DNA of 38,239 bases, taken from NCBI GenBank assembly GCA_001275005.1, contig JWZX01003097.1, positions 1 to 38,239 on the forward strand. The letters are read 5' to 3'. The translations under genes were made by a program, and so were the position numbers. Below, in pieces: positions 29,917 to 38,239 of this stretch (position 1 is the first letter of the stretch; every line of letters starts with the position of its first letter). The DNA is from Chrysochromulina tobinii (lineage: Eukaryota). Below the pieces are notes generated by a model. The model saw only the letters and a program-made list of their open reading frames with translations, ran no database searches and had not been told where the DNA came from.

Positions 29917-31026
29917 ATGGAGGCTCTTCCACTTGGACGGGCGGCTGAAGGTGCGACGCCGGCGCCTGGACCAAGCTCCGAGGACACCCTTGCTTTTGAG
30001 GCGGCGTCAGAGCCGCTATCAGAGCAAGCACCGACGCTGGCTCCATATCCTCCAGCGTCGACTTCAGCCCAAGCAATGACACCTGGTGAAGTACTCGCAG
30101 CAGCAGCGGCTTCGACACCAGTGAGCCCAGTGAGCCCACTAAAAAGGCACGGGTATAACGAAATCTTTGGCGGGGCCGTGCCGCTGATGCTCGCTCGCCG
30201 TGCGCATCGCAAACATCGACCGCCACTCTCGCCCAATTCGCGTGCCACCCTTGAACGAGGGTGGAACTCGGCCCCATTCAGCCCAACGCCACCAACCTTG
30301 CAAGGCGTGAAGCTCGCACGCAAGGAACCATGGCACGACGACGCTGCCCATTTTGTGGAGCTGCTCAAAATGCAAGACCCCCCGTCGCTGAACAATACAA
30401 GACAAGCGCGCTTCTGGCAGAGCACTGCTCGCGATGTGTGGTCTGAGGAGAGCTGGAGCCACATGGAACGCCAGCGCGTTCAAGCTCGCAAGCCGGTGCA
30501 CGAGCAGCAGCGGCCATGGGACGACTCGGTCTGGCATGCGCAACCTTTTTCATTACGAGGCTGCAAGCCGGTGACGAAGGACGCGTGGTGGTACGAAGAT
30601 CAAAAGATTCGCCGGCGGCACGAGCCAGACCGTCTGCGGAGCGAGCGAATCAAGAAGGGCATGCCGAGCCCCTACGAGGTGCAAACGCGCGAGGCGGAGG
30701 CTAAAATTACCCCACGATTCGGGTGGTTTTCATCCGCGCCAGCGGCGGCGCCAGCGGCGGCGCCAGCGGAGGCGCCAGCGGAGCCGCCAGCGGCGGCGCC
30801 TCGGGATGCCTCTGCGCCACGGCCAGCTGCTATGCCGCCGAGTGGGCGGCGGGATGCCTCTCCGCCAACTGCTAGACCACCCGAGTCGGCGGAACCAGCA
30901 AAGGCGATCGCAGATGTCGCAGCCCATGGGAGTGGTGGCGGCGGCCTATTCAGCTGGTTCCGAGGGCACCCATCATCGCAAAGTGAAAAGGCTGCGGATG
31001 AGTTGGCTAGAAGGTTGACGTGTTGA
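29917..31026 (+). CDS. Hypothetical protein with two Trp-rich internal repeats and Ala/Pro-rich tail
   Basis: ATG 29917; the upstream part of the listed ORF runs through the dispersed repeat and microsatellite and is probably not coding. Confidence 0.65.
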   Translation: MEALPLGRAAEGATPAPGPSSEDTLAFEAASEPLSEQAPTLAPYPPASTSAQAMTPGEVLAAAAASTPVSPVSPLKRHGYNEIFGGAVPLMLARRAHRKHRPPLSPNSRATLERGWNSAPFSPTPPTLQGVKLARKEPWHDDAAHFVELLKMQDPPSLNNTRQARFWQSTARDVWSEESWSHMERQRVQARKPVHEQQRPWDDSVWHAQPFSLRGCKPVTKDAWWYEDQKIRRRHEPDRLRSERIKKGMPSPYEVQTREAEAKITPRFGWFSSAPAAAPAAAPAEAPAEPPAAAPRDASAPRPAAMPPSGRRDASPPTARPPESAEPAKAIADVAAHGSGGGGLFSWFRGHPSSQSEKAADELARRLTC

Positions 31027-31356
31027 ACATACGTAAATGTGTGCGTTCTACGGTTTGATATCGCACATTAATAACAAACACGGAAACTAGGTAATGGTAT
31101 ACGCGTATACTGCGTCCTACATCAGGCGTACACTTGTTCCTTTGTATCCAACACGATCCATAGCGCGACCGCCGCACAAACTCACGAAGGGAAGGTAGCG
31201 CGAACGAGCCGAGTTTTTTACGCATCCGGTGCACACGGGTGTAACACCACAAGGGTAGTGCATGACATGAGGTACAAAGTAGGAGGCCTTCACACACAAC
31301 GACCGTGTGATTCTCGAACTGATTCTCGGCGATTTGTCTGACTATTTCTGAACTCC

Positions 31357-32396
31357 ATGTCAAACTCCACCTCGCTACGTGCAGCGCGAATCGCCGCTTT
31401 GCTCCACGGCACCAGCCTCGAAGTCCGACCAAGTGCTCGGTGTGGCGGCGAGGAAGGCCTGTTCTCCACCGAGGCAGTCGAGGAGGGCATGGTGCTGCTC
31501 ACTGACTGCGCCTTGTGCTGGCTACCAGTCGAGGAGGGCGCGCCACAGAGCTTGGTTGCGGACGGTTCACGATCGAATTGCGAGCAGTGTGGCGCGTTCA
31601 TCGGTTCACCGGCAGCCATCCTTCAGAAGCTCGCCGGCGACGCCGAGCCGCTCAAGCTGCCGCGCCTGGGCGGTGCTGCGACGCCTAAGAAGCACGTGTG
31701 CCCGCGCCCTGCTCCCGAGAACCCACACGTTGGGCAGTGCCGGGTCGAACCGGACGACGCGTCCGGCCATCCAGTCGCTCGCGACGGCTTCGAGCAGGTG
31801 CAGATGGCGGCGCAGCTGCTCGCACGCATGGCACTGGAGGCGATGAGGGCAGGTGAGAAGGTCACGCCGTCTCTGCCAGATGCCGATTCACCATCGCTCG
31901 CGATCCTCGACGCGCTCGCCTCGCCCACGTGGGACGTTGTGTGCCGCTCGGACGGGGACGCCACCGAGGCGGCCGGGGCGCTTCCTCGCAACTCGCTGCC
32001 GGCGGTGCAGCACGCGCTGCGGAACCGCGCGTCGATCAGCTTGCAAGACGCATGGAGCGACGAGCTCACAGCCCAGCTGTACTCGCGTGCCCTTGGTTGC
32101 GTCGCGCGCAATTCGCTCTGGGTACAGATCCCAAACGCGGCCGTCTTCTATCTCTCAGCCTTCGACGAGGCGCTCGCGACGGGAGACAAGGCGTGCAAGA
32201 GGGCGCTGCCCGCCGTGTGTGCGCTCATCGAGCGGGTCCGGAATCGCCGTGCTGAGCTGGGCCTTGGGCGATGCCCCGCACCGAGGGCGGTGGATCGGCG
32301 CCGTGTCGGGCGGGCCGAAGGAGCTGGCGAGGAGAGCGAGGAGAGCGCGCAGGTCGACGACGAGGAGGAGGATGACGACGATGAGGAAGACGACGA

Positions 32397-32432
<36 letters not shown>

Positions 32433-32895
32433 AGGGAAGGAGGAGGAGGGCGAGGGCGAGGGCGACGATGAGGTGCAGAGTGAGGAGAGCGAGGAGGAAG
32501 ATGCGGAGGAGGAGCTCCACTTTTGCTGGGCAGTGCCGCATGCATCCCCACCTCGCGAATTGCGCTTCAGCTCCTCGCTCTTCCCTGCGCACAAGGGCAC
32601 CGCCCTCTACCCTCTCCTCTCCAAGTGTAATCACTCGTGTCGCGCCAACTGCTTCGTGCTGTGGACGGAAAGCAACACGGCGCAGCTGGTCTCGCACCGC
32701 CCAATTCACGCCGGCGAGGAGCTGTGCATCGACTACCTCGGCGGTAGTTCCGAGGGGCAGACCTCCAGAATCTATGGCAAGCGGCAACGCCGGACATGGC
32801 TGCGCGCGCAGTACGGCTTCGACTGCAGTTGCGAGGCGTGCGCACCCGAGCCTCGGCCGAAGACGAACAATAGAAAGCGGCGCAAGCGCAGCTGA
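31357..32895 (+). CDS. SMYD-like split SET-domain lysine methyltransferase with long acidic insert
   Basis: GLFST..VEEG.VL N-SET, CEQC zinc remnant, [26 protein letters not shown] post-SET, C-terminal RKRRKR NLS-like motif. Confidence 0.92.
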
Positions 32896-33117
32896 TAGAA
32901 GTCTCGATTTTTACGTATGGCGACATGAACGCGACGGTCTCTACACCGGTTTCCCACGCGTCATGGGACGTCTGCACATCGGAGTCGCACGACCCTTCCA
33001 GAAGTATCCATAATTGTCAAGTTCGCTGTGCACAAGTTCGCCTGCTGCTGCTCCAGCTGCTGCTCCTCTCCACTTGCTCTGGCTATCCAGGCAATTTCGC
33101 TGCACAAATTCGCGAGC

Positions 33118-34547
33118 ATGCTGCTCCAGGTGCTGCTCCTCTCCACTTGCTTTGGCTATCCAGGCAATTTTGCGCTCCAATTCATCGCCAAGGAAGGCGA
33201 TATCCTTCGCGTACCTCATGAGAGCTCGATGAATGGGCCTCTCATCGATTCCTTCACCGTCGAGCTGTGGCTCAAGGTGGAGCGAAATGCACAGCTTGAA
33301 AGCGGGCGAATCGTAAACCTGATCGGCTTTCCGGGGCGGCATCCCTTCCTCGGGCTCGCCGCAGACACCGGCTGCGCAATCGTCCAACTGAAGACGACCA
33401 ACAACACGTGGTACTCGTATGAGGGCACCACACAGCTGGATGATGGTCAGTGGCATCATGTCGCTGCGACATGGGATGGCACGAAGCAGCACCCGGCCGA
33501 CCGTGCGCTCGCGCTTTACGTAGACGGCATCCTGGAGGCCGCGGGAGGCGAGGACGACGACGCGACCGAGGTGCCCAAGACGCCGGTGCGCTACCACTGC
33601 CGCCTCGCCGCCGCCGATCGTGGCGCCGCCGCCTTGTGTGCTGTCGCCGCCGCGCGCGTCATCCCTGTGCCGCGCGCCACTGGCTCACGCTTCTCCGTGC
33701 TGGTGGTGCCTCCTGATACTTAGTGCAGGATGCAACGGGTCTAACGGTGGTCAACAAGTGCGAGACCGGTCTGTGCGAGGAGGGGATGCAGATCGGCGGC
33801 CTGTACTGCTGCTCGGGCGGCGGCTACACCGGGCGCTACTTTAACGGCACACTGGATGAGCTGCGCGTGTGGCGTGTGGCGCGTACGGAGGCGCAACTGG
33901 GCGAGTGGAGGAGCCTGCCTCTCAATTCCGGCGACTTTCCCGAGCTGCTCTTCTACTTTCCTCTGGATGAGGCCGGGATGGAGCTGGGTGCGAACGTAGT
34001 CGAGTCAAGGGCTCTTCCGTGGTACGCCATCCTTGGCAACGCCAAGGGCGCCGGCCGGCCGCATTGGGTGGTCTCGCACGCGCCTATGAGCTGCCGCCCT
34101 GGCAGCCGCGCCCCCATCTGCCGCCGCATCGAGAGCAGTAGCGTGTCGCTCGGAGGCAACTCGCTGAACAATGAGGAGGACCAAACTGACATCAGTCCTG
34201 CGGCGCTCCTTGGATGGATCCTCGTGTCCGCGCTCGCCTCCGCCCTATGTGCCTCCGTCCTCACCTACGTCCACCTGACAGGCACCTGCCCTCCTGCCTT
34301 GGCCGCCGCCGCCGCCACAATCCGCGGTCTCGCGAACAGCGCGCAGGGATACGTGCCCGCGGCCTTAGGCGAAACGGCCTCGTCTAGCCCACATGCTAGC
34401 CCAATGCCGTCAAATGCCGCCGCCGCCGCCGCCGACTGGCGCTGGGCGCAGCCGCCGCGTGTCAGTCAGCCAGCTTTCAGCTCGCCAATGCGTACGCTCC
34501 CCCCCGCCCCATCTCCTGCCACCCCCAAGTCCTACGGCGGCTTGTGA
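33118..34547 (+). CDS. LamG/concanavalin A-like type I membrane protein, 2 exons with intron 33586-33728
   Basis: Signal peptide; FTVELWLK, DDGQWHHVAATWDG, LYVDG, FNGTLDELRVW; TM near the C-terminus; phase-0 GT-AG intron joins KTP to DATG. Confidence 0.88.
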
Positions 34548-35822
34548 GCGCCGCGGAGAGCCGGTGACGGAGGATGCAGCACGAGCGGGGCTGCGACTCG
34601 GACTCTTGCTTCTCCCTTACGTGTGGGCTCCAGCCTGGAGAAACGAGAAGTAGCTTAAAAAGTTGCTATAAATGTCTAATGTGATCCGCGCACGGCTGCG
34701 GAAACCGCTCGGCGTCCTCGAGCGAGGGTGGACGCCCCTAGTTTGGCCGCCTAGAGCGATTTATGACGCCCCTCCCGCCTCCGGGCCGCGCTCCGAACCG
34801 GCCTCCAGAAAGACTGACATCCGGAACGATCCCGGCCCGCACGCCGCACTTGGCACGCGCACGGCCACGGGTCCCGCTCGGGTGCCGCGCCCGCCCTGCC
34901 CCCCCCCCGCCCGCGAGCGCGTCAGCCGTCAGGCGAGGCGCGAGCCGCCGCCCGGCGACGCGCGACGTGCGGCTGCGGGCTAATGGCGGGGCGCGACCTC
35001 GGACCTCGCCTGCCCACCTGCCTCTCGAGTCTGGCCGCGGTGCGGATTTTGGTTTCGTGCGCCCGCTCTTGTCGGCTGTGTGTGGTCACAGCTCACACGC
35101 ACCGGCCGCCGCGCGGACTAAACAGTATTATTTCGATAGCCATTGAGCTGCATAATCGATAAAATGAGCTCAAACCTCAAAGCAAAAACAGCACTCTCTG
35201 TCGAGTCGTACTGAACGGTAACTGACGTGGCGAACCGCACACGCCGCGACGCCGGCCGGGGGCGCGTCCACGCGCGCCGGCGCAACGCGCGGCGGCGCGC
35301 CCCATCGCGATCGGCGCCGTCCGCGGGACGCGGATAGCGTTAAGGTTAACGATAATACTTGACACACGATGTCCGCGACCATACTATGCTTCTATACACC
35401 AATACACGATACCGCGACCACGCTCCCCATCATGACGCATGCCCCGTCGCCACGAAAGCCGAGTCGTGCGGCGGTTTGATGCGTGGTTTGCCATGAGCTG
35501 CTCGGCACATCATGCTCCATCGCAGCTCGCCCGGGCATGCGCGCATGCCCGCCGAAGGCCGAACCCCACACTCTCCTCGTCCATGAACACAAGACGTCTG
35601 ACATGCACGAGTGCGCCCGATCGTAAAGAGTCGGGAATACCGTCCACGTCGCGTGCTATCGCATGCAGGGCACACATGGTGCGGCCGTGGTCTCGGCCGT
35701 TGCCCAGGGTGCCTCGACAGTCGCCACGCACGCGTACTCGCACTCGCTCTCGCGAAAGTGCGGCCGGTGCGGGGGACCGAGAAGGCGATGGGGGGGTCCA
35801 GGGGGGATGCGACGTGGGCCGC

Positions 35823-37517
35823 TCAGACGTAGGTGCACACGCCCTGCGCGCGGTTGCGCAGCTCGCCCATCTCGCAGCGTGCGCCCGAGGGGCAGTGCGC
35901 GTGCGCGACTGGCCCGCAATCCTGGCTGCTCATATCGTCGAGAGCGCCGGTGCACGGGCAGACGAGGAGGCAGTGGAAGAGGCCCTCGTCGTACGGGTCC
36001 ATCTCCTCGTGCGCGCCCTTGCCAACGCACACGGGCCACGCCTTCGAGTGCACGCTGACCGCAGCGTCTACAGGGCAGCTGTTCGCTGAGGGAGCTGCGC
36101 CGCCAACGAGGCACTTGGGGGACTTGTCATCGTTGATGCCCATCTTGGGAGCGCATACGGTCCCCGTGCCGGCCTCCACGACCTCTTCGTCGGCGCGGCA
36201 GCCATGCTTCGGGTTGCCGTAGTGCAGCTGGCGAATGGGCCCCTCGACCACCGCCGAGAGCGTCGAGTCGAGCGCGGCGAAGGCCGCCTGCGCCGTGATG
36301 GAGGACTCGTCGGGGTGAGGCACGCCGATCTCCGTGGTCCCGACGATGGTGACATCCCCGAGGAGAGCGATGCGGGGCTCGCCTCGCACGCCGTCAGCCG
36401 CGACGGTGTAGCCGTAGCCCAGGTGCGCGGGCTTCGTCCATTGGAAGAGGAAGTCGAGCACAAACGGGCCGTTCGCGGTGGCGCTGTTCAAGAGCCAATT
36501 GTGCCCGCCATTCCACGAGCATCGGACCACGTCGCCACCCGGGCAGTCACCCATCGAGACGCAATACATGCCCTGCTGCCCGTCCCACTTGGTCGGGTAG
36601 TGGGAGGAGGAGCCCTTGCACCCGTTCGACGTCATCCACCCCCGCGAGTACTGGTTGCCCCCGAAGATCTCGTCAGTGGTGGTGTAGTAGTACCCGTCGG
36701 CCGAGAGGGAGACGTTGGCGGGCACGGTAGTGTCCTTCGTGCCGTGCAAATCGATCACGGGCACCCCAACCGCGGGTGCCATCGCAAAGCCCTTGTGGAA
36801 CGACCCAAACTCTGGCGAGATCGCCGCGAGCCGCGTGGCCAGATCCACCCCCAGCTGGTACGTCATCATGCCGCCGTTGGACTCGCCCGAGGCATACTCG
36901 CGCGACGTGTCCACGCACAGCTGCGACTCAAGCGTGTCGTACAGCGAGGGGATGAATCCGCCCACGTTGCTGAGCCCCGTGCCCGTCGGCGTCGGCCCTG
37001 TTTCCTCGCACGTCGTCCAGTCGCACTGCGGGTTGTGGTTGCCGCACCCGTCGCAGCTCGTGTAGCAGTATTCAGGGTAGTTGGCCTTCTTCGTGCAGGT
37101 GTAGCCGCCGGGGCCGGGGGACTGGGTCGTGCCCACAGCATTCCACGAATACCACGGGCCGCCCCTGTTTGAATTGTCGTCGCCGCCCTGGGCCGTCACC
37201 GAGATGAATCCGTACGTGTCGGAAAGCGCGGTGATGCCTGCTCCGCTCTCCTCGGAGGCGGCCGACATGCCCCAGCCGGGGTGGTGGATGAGGAGCGGCA
37301 GGGGAGTCGTCGACTTGTACGCCTTGGGCACGTAGATGCGGTACGTCCACTTCACGCCCGCGTACGTGCCCGTCGCCACCGTTGTCTTCCCCAGCGTGTA
37401 GGGGGAGGACTTGCCGCAGCCGCTCGAACCGATGGCCACATGCGACGACGCGTTGTACCTGACGCTGTTGGCGAGGGTAGAGCTCGCGAGCATGAGAACA
37501 GCCATCGGCGAAGCCAT
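35823..37517 (-). CDS. Secreted PHB-depolymerase/feruloyl-esterase-type alpha/beta hydrolase with Cys-rich C-terminal domain
   Basis: SSGCGK, YRIYVP..Y...PLPL, YASGESNGGMM, HGTKD, GGHNW; C-terminal HYGNP..GC..DE Cys-rich module. Confidence 0.85.
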   Translation of the reverse strand: MASPMAVLMLASSTLANSVRYNASSHVAIGSSGCGKSSPYTLGKTTVATGTYAGVKWTYRIYVPKAYKSTTPLPLLIHHPGWGMSAASEESGAGITALSDTYGFISVTAQGGDDNSNRGGPWYSWNAVGTTQSPGPGGYTCTKKANYPEYCYTSCDGCGNHNPQCDWTTCEETGPTPTGTGLSNVGGFIPSLYDTLESQLCVDTSREYASGESNGGMMTYQLGVDLATRLAAISPEFGSFHKGFAMAPAVGVPVIDLHGTKDTTVPANVSLSADGYYYTTTDEIFGGNQYSRGWMTSNGCKGSSSHYPTKWDGQQGMYCVSMGDCPGGDVVRCSWNGGHNWLLNSATANGPFVLDFLFQWTKPAHLGYGYTVAADGVRGEPRIALLGDVTIVGTTEIGVPHPDESSITAQAAFAALDSTLSAVVEGPIRQLHYGNPKHGCRADEEVVEAGTGTVCAPKMGINDDKSPKCLVGGAAPSANSCPVDAAVSVHSKAWPVCVGKGAHEEMDPYDEGLFHCLLVCPCTGALDDMSSQDCGPVAHAHCPSGARCEMGELRNRAQGVCTYV

Positions 37518-37701
37518 CGCGGCGCTACTTCTCGGCCCCCAACAGCAAAAGACCCAGGGGCAGAGACGAGCGGACGACCTCTGCACGACCTGGCGGGCCT
37601 CCTCGGAGAGCCCGAAGTTGATTGGTCCTGCAATCAGTAAAAACGTGTACTATGTAAGAATGCACACGGCAGCAGCAACCTCGAGCGATGCGGTGGTCGA
37701 G

Positions 37702-38238
37702 CTATGCTGAGCTCGAGGTTGGGGCTGCTGCGCCACACCCATCACCGCCGCTGCCGCTGCCACCGGCAGCGCCGCGTCCGCCGCGCCCGCCACCCCCACG
37801 GCCACCCCTCCCACCCTTGCCGCCGCCTTTGCCCTTACCCTGGGCGCCGCCCTGGGCGCCGCTACGATCACCTCCGTCGTCGTCGACGAAACTGCCGCCC
37901 CCCCCACCAGCCTCGCCCCCCCCCCCACCAGCCTCGCCGCCCCCCCCACCAGCCTCGCCGCCCCCGCCGCCGCCCCCGCCAGCGTCCTTGTCTCGGTTGG
38001 CGCCGCCCTTGCCGCCCTTGCCGCCGCGCGGCCGCGCGCCGCTACCGCCGCCCCCAGCCGCCCCATCCTCGTCACCGCCGCCTCCGCCACCTCCGGCACC
38101 GTCCTTGCCGCCACCGCCCTTACCCCCGCCCTTGGCAGTCCGAGAGCCCTTACCGGTAGAACCCTTACCGCTGCCACCCTCCTTACCACCCTCCTTGCCG
38201 CCGCCGCCACCCTCCTTACCGCTCTCCTTCTGCGCTCT
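37702..38238 (-). CDS. 3' end of a gene with Gly/Lys-rich, RGG-containing tail (partial; not in the ORF track)
   Basis: Open frame from the window edge: RAQKESGKEGGGGK...GKGGRGGRGGGGRGGRG...PTSSSA-stop (TAG at 37702-37704). Confidence 0.65.
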   Translation of the reverse strand, partial: RAQKESGKEGGGGGKEGGKEGGSGKGSTGKGSRTAKGGGKGGGGKDGAGGGGGGGDEDGAAGGGGSGARPRGGKGGKGGANRDKDAGGGGGGGGEAGGGGGEAGGGGGEAGGGGGSFVDDDGGDRSGAQGGAQGKGKGGGKGGRGGRGGGGRGGRGAAGGSGSGGDGCGAAAPTSSSA

Positions 38239-38239
38239 C

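Noticed and set aside
26685..32895. Functional cluster of the dioxygenase-chromo-Tudor and SET genes
   Set aside because: Proximity alone is weak evidence in a eukaryote and an unrelated gene lies between them; it would need synteny data.

Overview
GC-rich, gene-dense, intron-poor eukaryotic DNA. It is most likely from a haptophyte alga; this is inferred from the GC content, the repeat-filled GT-AG intron and a bipartite-type targeting peptide, and is not proven. Host genes, left to right: CHASE-sensor class III (guanylate-type) cyclase with a 1-nt frameshift, polyQ membrane protein, ankyrin/HPDKF protein, small Cys-rich secreted protein, SGNH hydrolase, Tubby, SURP-fused cyclic-nucleotide-binding K+ channel, TAP-like alpha/beta hydrolase, probable thylakoid-lumen protein, PhyH-like dioxygenase-chromo-Tudor protein, SMYD-like SET protein, LamG membrane protein, PHB-depolymerase/CE1-type esterase and a Gly-rich 3' gene end. 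The most striking feature is a ~6 kb retroelement (about 9716-15770). It encodes a reconstructable ~1730-aa protein (RNase H1-type hybrid-binding domain, C2H2 finger, divergent RT with TADD, restriction-like endonuclease without CCHC knuckle). It is bounded by inverted repeats and a duplicated palindrome-containing 9-mer, with no poly(A) tail. A separate hairpin-rich non-coding repeat occurs twice. All domain calls are by eye from motifs, not from database searches.
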